Positions 51,016 to 60,133 of a DNA stretch of 64,000 bases are shown piece by piece. The first letter of the stretch is position 1. Each line of letters starts with the position of its first letter. The stretch is from positions 3,617 through 67,616 of the forward strand of contig CAZRHR010000002.1 in the NCBI GenBank assembly GCA_964599915.1, read 5' to 3'. The translations under genes and the position numbers were made by a program. The notes beneath the pieces were generated by a model. The model was given only the letters and a program-made list of their open reading frames with translations, had not been told where the DNA came from and made no database searches. The stretch comes from an uncultured Candidatus Competibacteraceae bacterium (GTDB lineage Bacteria; Bacteroidota; Bacteroidia; CAIKAF01).

Positions 51016-52117
51016 GCCCGTAATTATTATGAGTGGTGGAGGCACCGGTGGCCATATTTTCCCGGCATTGGCCATTGCCCAAGCTTTGGAAAAAATCCAT
51101 CCCAACCTCAGCATTCAATTTATTGGAGCTGCGGGCCGTATGGAAATGGAAAAAGTTCCTGCAGCCGGCTATCCGATCCTGGGTGTACCCATGGCCGGAT
51201 TCCAGCGTGGCGCCTTCTGGCGAAACCTTAGCCTGCCATGGCGTGTCCTGCGTTCTTGGTGGATGTGCCTTCGCACCATCCGGTCACTAAAACCTCTGGC
51301 TGTGGTAGGAACAGGAGGATATGCCAGCGCCGCCGTAGGTATGGCGGCCATTACCACCGGCACACCCCTTTTCATTCAGGAACAAAATGCCTTTGCAGGT
51401 ATCACGAACCGCTTCCTTGGAAAAAGAGCGAAGCGTGTTTTCGTGGCACATCCCCACATGGAGCAATTTTTCCCGAAACAAAACCTCATGTTGGCGGGTA
51501 ACCCCATTAGAGAAGCGCTTGAAAATATAAGCCTTGAACCGGCAGAAGCCAAAGCAAAACTCGGATTTAACCCGGAACAACCTCTTGTCTTTATTGTAGG
51601 AGGCAGCCTAGGGGCATTAGCCATAAATAAAGCCATGATGTCCTGCGCAGCTATCTGGGCGAACCATGGAATACAAGTAATGTGGCAAACCGGGGCCAGT
51701 TTTGCACCTCAGGCGCAAAAAGCCTTTTCAGGAAACGGCAACCCCATGGTTAAGCACCAACCTTTCATACAGGACATGGGAACGGCTTATGCAGCAGCAG
51801 ATATAGTCATTTCACGTGCGGGCGCCATGGCGCTGGCAGAAATCGCCATGGTGGGTAAACCTTCCATTTTGGTTCCGCTACCCACCGCAGCAGAAGACCA
51901 TCAAACCCATAATGCACAAACTTTTGTGGCCGCTGGTGCCGCCGTTTTATTGAAAAACCAAGAAGTCGAAGAGCGACTCGACCACTTGGTTCGCGACCTT
52001 ATCACACAACCTGATGCATTAAAAGCCATGGGAACAAAGGCACGTGAACTTGCCACACCGGGGGCAGCGCATCAGATTGCGAAAGACATACTTCATCAAA
52101 TTCAAAGCCATGCATAA
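51008..52117 (+). CDS. murG: UDP-N-acetylglucosamine--N-acetylmuramyl-(pentapeptide) pyrophosphoryl-undecaprenol GlcNAc transferase
   Basis: IIMSGGGTGGHIFPALAIA N-terminal G-loop of MurG. Confidence 0.9.
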   Translation: MNKPVIIMSGGGTGGHIFPALAIAQALEKIHPNLSIQFIGAAGRMEMEKVPAAGYPILGVPMAGFQRGAFWRNLSLPWRVLRSWWMCLRTIRSLKPLAVVGTGGYASAAVGMAAITTGTPLFIQEQNAFAGITNRFLGKRAKRVFVAHPHMEQFFPKQNLMLAGNPIREALENISLEPAEAKAKLGFNPEQPLVFIVGGSLGALAINKAMMSCAAIWANHGIQVMWQTGASFAPQAQKAFSGNGNPMVKHQPFIQDMGTAYAAADIVISRAGAMALAEIAMVGKPSILVPLPTAAEDHQTHNAQTFVAAGAAVLLKNQEVEERLDHLVRDLITQPDALKAMGTKARELATPGAAHQIAKDILHQIQSHA

Positions 52118-53465
52118 CTACTATTTTTTAGGCATCGGCGGAATTGGCATGAGCGCTTTGGCGCGCTACCTACACAGGGAAGGACACCTCGTATCCGGAT
52201 ACGACAAAACCCCTACTCCACTTACGGAACAACTTCAGAAAGAGGGAATTTCAATCTATTTTGATGAAGCAGCGGCGGCCATTCCTGAGGCGTTTACCCA
52301 TCCTGAAAAAACTTTGGTTATTCGCACCCCAGCTGTGCCGATGGAGCATAAAGGATATTGTTGGTTCAGAGACAAAGGCTTCACCATCTTAAAAAGGGCC
52401 GCATTGCTTGGCAGCATTGTCAATGACCTTCGTCCATTATGCGTGGCCGGCACCCATGGAAAAACCACCACCTCTTCTTTACTCGCTTGGTTACTTCATG
52501 CATCAGACGTACCTATGGCGGCCTTTCTGGGTGGCATTCCGGCCAACTTCAAAACGAATTATATGGCTGATGAAGATCCGGAATTTGCTGTGGTAGAAGC
52601 GGATGAATTTGATCGGTCCTTCATGCATTTGCGGCCGTACATGGCCATTCTCACGGCTGTAGATCCAGATCATTTGGACATTTATGGCACAGGGGAGGAA
52701 CTACAACGCACCTATCAGGAGTTTGCCCAATTGGTGCATCCAAACGGCATGTTGGTCATGCGTCATGGTTTACCCATTACTCCCGTGGGCAAGGTGGTCA
52801 CGTATGGTATTGAAAAAGGAGATGTTCAGGCCAGAGAGGTCCAACCCAGAGAAGGAGGTTTTGCTTTTCAGCTTTGGAATCATCATGAGCACTTAGGCGA
52901 ATGGTTTATACCGCTACCGGGTGCGCATAATGTAGAAAACGCCTTGGCAGCCATAACAGTGGCCAGGGCTTGTGGCGCCTCCTTAGAAGCCCTAAAAATG
53001 GCTTTAAAAGGATTTACAGGCGTGGCGCGAAGAATGGAAAAAGTGGCTGCCAAGAAGGATTTGGTGTATTATGATGATTATGCACATCACCCAGCAGAGC
53101 TCACCGCGGCCATCACGGCCTTGAGAACTTTATATCCGGATCGCACGCTTACAGGGATTTTTCAGCCCCATTTATTTTCCAGAACCCAAGATTTTGCAGA
53201 AGGGTTTGCGGCCAGCCTTTCGCTTTTGGATCATGTGGTCCTTATGAACATTTATCCCGCCCGGGAAAAACCGATTCCCGGCGTTACAAGTGCCATGTTA
53301 TTGGAAAAAATTAAAGGTCCCAAAACCAAAATACTAGCAGATACTCAAACCATTCTTGAGGATATGTTACCAAAGACCACCGGGGTTCTTGTCACTTTAG
53401 GCGCAGGAGACATTGACCGGCTGGTTCCAGCGATTCGTTCATGGATTCAACATCAACAGGCATGA
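52107..53465 (+). CDS. murC: UDP-N-acetylmuramate--L-alanine ligase
   Basis: N-terminal YFLGIGGIGMSALA and P-loop GTHGKTTT. Confidence 0.9.
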   Translation, partial: AMHNYYFLGIGGIGMSALARYLHREGHLVSGYDKTPTPLTEQLQKEGISIYFDEAAAAIPEAFTHPEKTLVIRTPAVPMEHKGYCWFRDKGFTILKRAALLGSIVNDLRPLCVAGTHGKTTTSSLLAWLLHASDVPMAAFLGGIPANFKTNYMADEDPEFAVVEADEFDRSFMHLRPYMAILTAVDPDHLDIYGTGEELQRTYQEFAQLVHPNGMLVMRHGLPITPVGKVVTYGIEKGDVQAREVQPREGGFAFQLWNHHEHLGEWFIPLPGAHNVENALAAITVARACGASLEALKMALKGFTGVARRMEKVAAKKDLVYYDDYAHHPAELTAAITALRTLYPDRTLTGIFQPHLFSRTQDFAEGFAASLSLLDHVVLMNIYPAREKPIPGVTSAMLLEKIKGPKTKILADTQTILEDMLPKTTGVLVTLGAGDIDRLVPAIRSWIQHQQA

Positions 53466-54268
53466 AGCGGAGGCACCTACATATCCTAAAACGCGTACTG
53501 GGCCTTGTGCTCATGGTGGGGTTATTTGCCTTTGGTACCCAAGGAGCCATTTATACGGATTGCAGCGCCCCATTGGTAATCATTGACCATGAAGAAGATC
53601 GAATGTTTGTTGATTATGCAGACGTGGTAGAGATGGTGCAACAGGTTTGCCATAACGCGGGTCCAGTTCCCACTGACCAGGCCTCTTTGTCTGCCATAGA
53701 ACAGCGGTTGCACCGACATCCTGCGGTGCGACAAGCAGAAGTGTGGTTTGGGGTAAATGGCACCTTACATATTCGTATTCAACAAAGGCAACCCATAGCC
53801 TTGGTAGAAAATCAAATGGGCGAAAGGTGCTATTTGGACACCGAAGGCTATACTTTTCCAGCCGATGTAGGCGAGCCGGCCCGCGTTTGTTATGTGAATG
53901 GATTTATATCCTGCCAACCTTCCGGCGATCACATCTCGCATAACTCAACCTTGCAAGCCATACATGCCGTCACCACAGAAATGCACAACCGGCCATTTTG
54001 GAAAGCTTGGATCGAACAAATATGGTTGGAGCCGGATACCCAAATGGTATTTATTCCTAAGATGGGAAAGCATGAAATCCTCTTTGGACCAGCTAAAGAA
54101 ATCGCCAGAAAACTGAACAAACTAGATATTTTTTACACCCGCGCACTCAGCGCCACGGGGTGGGACCAATACACGGTCATTGATGCCCGCTACAAAGGGC
54201 AAATCATTGCCAAAGGCCCCGCACCCGCGCCAATACCTGTTACACTTCCTGATACCCTTGCGTTATGA
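53441..54268 (+). CDS. ftsQ: cell division protein FtsQ-like (POTRA)
   Basis: N-terminal TM helix then a POTRA-like domain, in the position between murC and ftsA. The start could instead be the ATG at 53462. Confidence 0.65.
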   Translation: MDSTSTGMKRRHLHILKRVLGLVLMVGLFAFGTQGAIYTDCSAPLVIIDHEEDRMFVDYADVVEMVQQVCHNAGPVPTDQASLSAIEQRLHRHPAVRQAEVWFGVNGTLHIRIQQRQPIALVENQMGERCYLDTEGYTFPADVGEPARVCYVNGFISCQPSGDHISHNSTLQAIHAVTTEMHNRPFWKAWIEQIWLEPDTQMVFIPKMGKHEILFGPAKEIARKLNKLDIFYTRALSATGWDQYTVIDARYKGQIIAKGPAPAPIPVTLPDTLAL

Positions 54269-55554
54269 GCCAAAAAAAGAACAACGACCATGTAGAACAA
54301 GTGACCGTAGGTCTAGACATTGGAACCACGAAAATCGTGGCCATTGTAGGTCGCAAAAATGAACACGGAAAAATTGAGATTCTCGGTTTAGGCAAATCCG
54401 ATTCCATTGGCGTGCAAAGAGGTATGGTCGCCAACATCGATCGAACCGTTGAATCGATTAAAAAGGCCATCGCTGAAGCCGAAAACCATGCAGATATGAA
54501 TATTGTAACGGTTCATGTCGGCATTGCGGGACAGCATATCCGTAGTTACCAACACCGTGGTTCCACCATTCGGGAAAATCCGGATGTAACCATCAGCCAA
54601 AAGGAAATTGATGAATTAATTCATAAAATGGGACGGATCACCTGCGAGCCCAACGAAAAAATCATTTCTGTGATTCCGCAGGATTATCTGGTGGATCAAG
54701 TGAACTATACCAAAGAACCCATTGGTTGGACAGGAGGAAACTTAGAGGGCAATTTCCACATCATTACAGGACAAGTAACGGCTGCCAAAAACATTGCTCG
54801 TTGTGTACAGGAAGCAGGATTACACATGCAGGAAATGATTTTGGAACCCATCGCATCTAGCACGGCAGTGCTTTCTGAAGAAGAAAAAGAGGCCGGCGTA
54901 GTATTGGTAGATATTGGAGGTGGAACCACCGATGTGGCTATTTTTCAAGACAACATCATTCGCCACACGGCGGTCATTCCATTCGGCGGCAACATTATTA
55001 CGGATGATGTGATGCATGGTTGCAACATCATCAGGAACTATGCTGAAATGCTTAAAATTAAGTTTGGCTCCGCCATCCCAACCCCTGACATGATGCAGCG
55101 CATGATTTCTGTTCCTGGGCTTCAAGGAAGGCCGCACCGTGAAATCTCCATGCACAACCTCGCCAGCATAATTCAGGCAAGAATGGCTGAAATACTTGAG
55201 GCTGTAGTCATGGAAATTGAGCGTTCCGGATATGAGAAAAATCTTGCAGCAGGCGTAGTACTTACCGGCGGAGGAGCAAGGTTGAAAAACATCAAACAAT
55301 TCACGGAATACAGTACAGGGTTGGACACCCGTATTGGATTGCCTACAGACCATATTGCAGGTAACATGGTGGAAAAAATCGCATCACCCATTTTCTCTAC
55401 CTCTGTAGGGCTGATGATGATGGGTTTCCAATCCGTAACAGCGAAACAATCCAAAGAAACCGAAGAAAAAACTCCGGATAGCCCCAAAAGTCCGTGGCAC
55501 TTGAAATCTATCCTGGATAAAATTTTCGACAACCGCGAAGACTCTTTAGAATAA
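54265..55554 (+). CDS. ftsA: cell division protein FtsA
   Basis: Actin-fold motifs VGLDIGTTKI and VLVDIGGGTTD. Confidence 0.95.
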   Translation: MSQKKNNDHVEQVTVGLDIGTTKIVAIVGRKNEHGKIEILGLGKSDSIGVQRGMVANIDRTVESIKKAIAEAENHADMNIVTVHVGIAGQHIRSYQHRGSTIRENPDVTISQKEIDELIHKMGRITCEPNEKIISVIPQDYLVDQVNYTKEPIGWTGGNLEGNFHIITGQVTAAKNIARCVQEAGLHMQEMILEPIASSTAVLSEEEKEAGVVLVDIGGGTTDVAIFQDNIIRHTAVIPFGGNIITDDVMHGCNIIRNYAEMLKIKFGSAIPTPDMMQRMISVPGLQGRPHREISMHNLASIIQARMAEILEAVVMEIERSGYEKNLAAGVVLTGGGARLKNIKQFTEYSTGLDTRIGLPTDHIAGNMVEKIASPIFSTSVGLMMMGFQSVTAKQSKETEEKTPDSPKSPWHLKSILDKIFDNREDSLE

Positions 55555-55591
55555 GCATCATCAACATCATCAACTATAAACACACATCGTC

Positions 55592-57205
55592 ATGAGTGAG
55601 CAAAACAACAACGAGTTATTGGGCTTCGAACTACCCCAATCCAGCAACAGCATCATCAAAGTAATTGGTGTTGGCGGCGGCGGAAGTAACGCCGTAAATC
55701 ACATGTACCATCAGGGCATTAAGGGCGTTGAATTCATGGTTTGTAATACCGACAACCAAGCCCTTGCCCTATCGCCGGTACCTCATCGCTTACAATTAGG
55801 TCGTAACCTCACCGAAGGCAGAGGGGCTGGTTCCATGCCGGAAGTGGGTCGCCAAGCGGCTTTAGAAAGCATTGAAGACATTAGACAATATTTTTCAGAT
55901 GGAACCAAAATGGTATTCATCACCGCCGGAATGGGTGGAGGAACTGGAACCGGAGCAGCGCCTGTCATTGCCAAGTTGGCTAGAGAAATGGGCATCCTCA
56001 CCGTGGGTATTGTTACCGTTCCTTTCACTTTTGAAGGAAAGAAGCGCATAGAACATGCAGAAAACGGTATCCAAAACCTCAAAGAATATGTAGATACCAT
56101 GCTTCTCATTTCCAATGACCGGCTCAGGGAAATGTATGGTAACCTTTCTTTACGACATGCATTTGGAAAAGCGGATGACATCCTAACTACAGCCGCCAAA
56201 GGAATTGCCGAAATCATCACCGTACCGGGCTACATCAACGTAGATTTCGAAGACGTAAAAACAGTCATGACCAATGGTGGATCCGCCATTATGGGGGCTG
56301 CCATTGCAGAAGGGGAAAATCGGGCGCTACGTGCCGCTCAAGACGTACTTAACTCCCCATTGCTCAATGATTCTGATATCCGTGGCGCCAAGCATGTATT
56401 GATTTACATCTCCTATGGAACCGATGAGCTCCAAATGGATGAAATGACTGAAATCACAGATTTTGTCCAAGAAGCCGCCGGTATGTCCGCCAACATGATC
56501 TGGGGAACAGGGTATGATGAAACCTTGGGCAATGCCATTTGTGTGACTTTAATTGCCACCGGATTTAACCGTGATGAGCCCAAAAACAGCCTAAATGAGC
56601 ACCTTGTTCTACCTGTAAACAACAAAAACAACGCGGAAATCGCGCGTGAATTACAACAGGAGAAATTCAGTCCATTAAACGAAGTTGAACTGGAAATTGA
56701 GAACAAGCAAGAGTTAAACCCAAAGCATGAAGTGCTATTTGAAGTCATTAACCGCGGTGATTCTAACGAGGAGTTACCACCGCTCAACGACTTGGAAGAT
56801 GCTGTGCCCACGTCCAACGGTGCCTTGGTCTTTAATCTACTGGATGACCCTGAAGTAGCTGAACAACCCATTTTCCCTACGACTGCTGATAAAGGAAAAT
56901 TGGATATTCATGCCATCATGCAAGCCCAACAGGCTGAGGAAACCAAAAAGAAACCAGTGGCTACCGAACGAAACCACGAGGCCAAAGACCGCAGAGAAAG
57001 CTTACAGCGGATCACACAACAGCTGCGTCGTCCGAGTGATCTTTCCTTGTTGGAAAAACAACCCGCCTTTGTGCGTAGAAATGTAAAGTTGGAACCACAC
57101 CCAACCTCTAAAGACCAATTTGCGTCGAACCTATCGGTTTCCCCAACGCAAGATGGTTTTCAAATCAGAGAAAACAATTCATTTCTACATGACTCCGTAG
57201 ATTGA
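55592..57205 (+). CDS. ftsZ: cell division protein FtsZ with long C-terminal linker and extended tail
   Basis: GGGTGTG tubulin signature, T7 loop NVDFEDV, and a conserved C-terminal peptide PAFVRR at ~57062-57079 followed by 42 additional residues. Confidence 0.95.
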   Translation: MSEQNNNELLGFELPQSSNSIIKVIGVGGGGSNAVNHMYHQGIKGVEFMVCNTDNQALALSPVPHRLQLGRNLTEGRGAGSMPEVGRQAALESIEDIRQYFSDGTKMVFITAGMGGGTGTGAAPVIAKLAREMGILTVGIVTVPFTFEGKKRIEHAENGIQNLKEYVDTMLLISNDRLREMYGNLSLRHAFGKADDILTTAAKGIAEIITVPGYINVDFEDVKTVMTNGGSAIMGAAIAEGENRALRAAQDVLNSPLLNDSDIRGAKHVLIYISYGTDELQMDEMTEITDFVQEAAGMSANMIWGTGYDETLGNAICVTLIATGFNRDEPKNSLNEHLVLPVNNKNNAEIARELQQEKFSPLNEVELEIENKQELNPKHEVLFEVINRGDSNEELPPLNDLEDAVPTSNGALVFNLLDDPEVAEQPIFPTTADKGKLDIHAIMQAQQAEETKKKPVATERNHEAKDRRESLQRITQQLRRPSDLSLLEKQPAFVRRNVKLEPHPTSKDQFASNLSVSPTQDGFQIRENNSFLHDSVD

Positions 57206-57247
57206 TTTCGGCGATTTCGCCTGCTTACCTTACGATGATGAAAAAAA

Positions 57248-57277
57248 GGAGACACCTGCGGGTGTTTCCTTTTTTTA
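57248..57277 (+). terminator. rho-independent terminator after ftsZ
   Basis: GGAGACACC-tgcg-GGTGTTTCC hairpin with one G-U pair, followed by TTTTTTT. Confidence 0.7.
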
Positions 57278-57329
57278 TGCTTTTCAACCAAACTAAGGTG
57301 CCAAAAGATAAAGCACCTCAAAGCAAAGT

Positions 57330-58133
57330 TTATCTGAGGCTGGAAATGCCTTGTAAATACGCCGAAAAATGCTCAGGCGATCCGTGAAACACATTCAAAT
57401 CTACCTGATTACAGATTCCGTTGATGCTAGCCTCTTCTGTAAACTGCCAAAAAAGCCAAGATTTTTCCTTAGAAATTCTTGGCGCACGGGAATTATAATG
57501 CGCCACCCAGAGCGGCATATCAGGAAGTTCCTGATGAATATAATCATGGTAAAAGGTGGCCCCTGTATAAAGGATGGGGCGAAAACCCGTGACCGCTTGA
57601 ATTTCATCACTAAACTTTTTCACCTCGGCGCACAAGGCCTTTGGGCTTAAACCCCGTGCATCTTCTACATCCACCACAGGAGGCAATTGCCAATCATCTT
57701 TGGCTTTATTCATGGTTCTCAGGAAATGTCGGGCTTGGGGAACGGCGGGCTGACCCGCATCGAAATAATGGTAAGCTCCTCTAGGAAGTCCTACTTTGCG
57801 GGCTTCTTCCCAATTGAAAAAAAACTTTTTATCCAACCGATTCAGTCCCATGGTGGCACGAATAAACACGAATTGAATCCGATAGCCGTCCCAGCTAAAA
57901 TCCCTGAGTTCCTGCCAATGAATATTTTCCTGATAAGCACTTACATCGGCACCCACGACGGGGTAACCACCCGGGATTTTTACTCCTGCGTCGGGATAAT
58001 GTCCACCTTCTTTACATTGATAGTTCCTTGGGGTAACCTTTTTTCTAAACGTAATAAAATAAGGACGTGCTACAAAAAGCCCCACCAATCCAGCGGCTGC
58101 GAAAAAGCCAATGAGTCGCCGGACTGACATCAA
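57330..58133 (-). CDS. glycoside hydrolase family 25 lysozyme (muramidase) with N-terminal membrane anchor
   Basis: GADVSAYQENIHWQEL...YRIQFVFIRATMG and GAYHYF match GH25 conserved blocks. The N-terminal hydrophobic segment is MMSVRRLIGFFAAAGLVGLFV. Confidence 0.75.
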   Translation of the reverse strand: MMSVRRLIGFFAAAGLVGLFVARPYFITFRKKVTPRNYQCKEGGHYPDAGVKIPGGYPVVGADVSAYQENIHWQELRDFSWDGYRIQFVFIRATMGLNRLDKKFFFNWEEARKVGLPRGAYHYFDAGQPAVPQARHFLRTMNKAKDDWQLPPVVDVEDARGLSPKALCAEVKKFSDEIQAVTGFRPILYTGATFYHDYIHQELPDMPLWVAHYNSRAPRISKEKSWLFWQFTEEASINGICNQVDLNVFHGSPEHFSAYLQGISSLR

Positions 58134-58474
58134 TCACGGGAATTTCCGTACGCCATCCAAAGAATGCCTGCCGTAGCCGGCCAAAGATAGCCCATGGGTA
58201 GTTGGTCGGCCAGGTTTGGCATAGGCTTCAGCATCAAAAGTATGGAAGCGCCGGTTACCACAGCGCCTAAAAGAATCGTAAGCCAATGCGTTTTCAAAAA
58301 ACCTGCAAAAATAGCCGCTGCACTCCCACCCATTAAAGCGTACAAAGCCATTTCCCGAAAAGAGTAAGGCGGGTATAAATCAATAAAAGGCCAATGAAAG
58401 GCTAGGGTATAAAAAAACGGGCTTATGCGAATAAGCCAATAGGCCACAGGTTTTAAAAAGCCAAAAGGTTTCAC
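58130..58474 (-). CDS. small 3-4 TM membrane protein (holin-like), overlapping GH25 start by 4 nt
   Basis: 114 aa, strongly hydrophobic. ATGA overlap with the downstream GH25 gene. Confidence 0.45.
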   Translation of the reverse strand: MKPFGFLKPVAYWLIRISPFFYTLAFHWPFIDLYPPYSFREMALYALMGGSAAAIFAGFLKTHWLTILLGAVVTGASILLMLKPMPNLADQLPMGYLWPATAGILWMAYGNSRD

Positions 58475-58477
58475 CGA

Positions 58478-59035
58478 CTAAACGGTTAAAATTTCCTTTT
58501 CCTTTCTGGCCACGTGGGCATCAATTTTGGAAATGTAATCGTTGGTCAGGTTTTGGATTACCGCTTCGGTAGCTTTGGCTTCATCTTCAGGTAAGCCATC
58601 TTTTTGCGCCTTTTTTACCATTTCATTGGCATCTCTCCGCGCATTTCGAATGCTCACTTTAGAATCTTCGCCTTGGTTTTTAGCCATTTTCACCATTTCT
58701 TTTCTGCGTTCTTCCGTAAGTGGTGGCACAGAAATACGAATCATCTCACCATCATTTTGGGGGTTTAAGCCCAAATTTGAATTAATGATGGCACGCTCTA
58801 CATCCTGAAGCTTATTTTTTTCCCAAGGTTGAATCACCAAGGTGCGGGCATCTGGGGTAGTTACGTTGGCAATTTGGTTCAAAGGCACCATAGAACCGTA
58901 GTATTCCACCATGACGCTGTCCACCATGGCGGGATTGGCTTTACCGGTTCTAATTTTTAGCAATTCTGCCTCCAAATGAACAATCGCCTTGTCCATCAAT
59001 TGCTTGGCATGTTCTATGGCTTCTGATGATCCCAT
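58478..59035 (-). CDS. frr: ribosome recycling factor
   Basis: 185 aa, with IRTGKANPAMVD and the characteristic RRF pattern. Confidence 0.9.
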   Translation of the reverse strand: MGSSEAIEHAKQLMDKAIVHLEAELLKIRTGKANPAMVDSVMVEYYGSMVPLNQIANVTTPDARTLVIQPWEKNKLQDVERAIINSNLGLNPQNDGEMIRISVPPLTEERRKEMVKMAKNQGEDSKVSIRNARRDANEMVKKAQKDGLPEDEAKATEAVIQNLTNDYISKIDAHVARKEKEILTV

Positions 59036-59071
59036 GAGATGTAACGATTAATGGTGCGAATTTAATATTTT

Positions 59072-59308
59072 TCAGGCATTGGCCGTGTCTGAATTGCGGC
59101 ATTGTTCTTCTGGCTTTGCCCCGCACAATCCACAAGCGGCACCTTCTTTATTCAAAAAGGGACTTTGGCTTGCACAGGTACCGGAAAACTTACCGTCCTT
59201 TTTCACCAGCAATTTAATGGCAATGCCAGCAAATGCTAAGCCAAGTAAACCTATCACCAAAAATAATAAAGTCCAGTTCATCGGTCTTTTTAAAATGGTT
59301 AAACGCAA
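59072..59308 (-). CDS. small membrane-anchored Cys-rich protein
   Basis: A TM helix is followed by CASQ...CGLCGAK...C. The start is uncertain (alternative at 59281). Confidence 0.35.
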   Translation of the reverse strand: MRLTILKRPMNWTLLFLVIGLLGLAFAGIAIKLLVKKDGKFSGTCASQSPFLNKEGAACGLCGAKPEEQCRNSDTANA

Positions 59309-59361
59309 CCTACCTTAAATCGGTATCTTTGAAGCTCCAAATGTACAGTTTTACACCGAGC

Positions 59362-60132
59362 ATGCACGCATCCTTAAAATCCTTTCAACGTCTTTTAACC
59401 ATCATGGACGATTTAAGGGAAAAATGCCCCTGGGACCGAGAGCAGACCATGGAAAGTCTTCGAACCCTTTCAATCGAAGAAATCTATGAACTGTCCGAAG
59501 CCATCATAAACGAAGATGCCAATGAAATAAAAAAGGAACTTGGCGACCTGTTTTTACATTTGGTCTTTTACGCCAAAATCGCACAGGAAAAGGAATGGTT
59601 CGACGTATCTGAGGTCTTGGAAAGCATTTGTGATAAATTGGTCCAACGGCATCCGCACATTTATGGTGAAGTATCTGTGAACTCCGCGGAGCAGGTGAAA
59701 GAAAATTGGGAAGCCATAAAATTGAAGAATGGAAGCAAAGGGGTCCTTTCCGGCGTGCCTCAATCCTTGCCAGCGTTGGTAAAGGCATATAGAATGCAGG
59801 AAAAAGCGGCGGGCGTGCATTTCGATTGGCCCAATGCGGAAGGAGCGAAAGAAAAAATGTTGGAAGAGTTGGCAGAACTGGAAGAAGCCGCAAAAACCAC
59901 TAACCGTGCACATCAGTTGGAAGAAGCGGGCGATTTACTCTTTTCTGTGGTCAACTATTGCCGGAAACTAGGACTCAATGCAGAAGATGCCTTGGAACTT
60001 TCCAATCGCAAATTTCAAAGAAGGTTTCAGGACATGGAAACGTCCATTCATAAAGCGGGGTTAGATATTACAAAGCTGGACCTCGACACCTTAGAATCCT
60101 TTTACCAGCAAGCCAAAGCCAAAGAAGCCTGA
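59362..60132 (+). CDS. mazG: nucleoside triphosphate pyrophosphohydrolase MazG
   Basis: LLTIMDDLREKCPWDREQT parallels E. coli MazG LLTIMQRLR..CPWDKEQT, with tandem EExxE motifs. The start choice is uncertain (59341 or 59362). Confidence 0.8.
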   Translation: MHASLKSFQRLLTIMDDLREKCPWDREQTMESLRTLSIEEIYELSEAIINEDANEIKKELGDLFLHLVFYAKIAQEKEWFDVSEVLESICDKLVQRHPHIYGEVSVNSAEQVKENWEAIKLKNGSKGVLSGVPQSLPALVKAYRMQEKAAGVHFDWPNAEGAKEKMLEELAELEEAAKTTNRAHQLEEAGDLLFSVVNYCRKLGLNAEDALELSNRKFQRRFQDMETSIHKAGLDITKLDLDTLESFYQQAKAKEA

Positions 60133-60133
60133 T

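Noticed and set aside
57330-59035. Prophage remnant around the GH25/holin-like pair
   Set aside because: No integrase, terminase, capsid or tail genes, and no att-like direct repeats. The flanking genes are ftsZ and frr, so only the two-gene module is reported.
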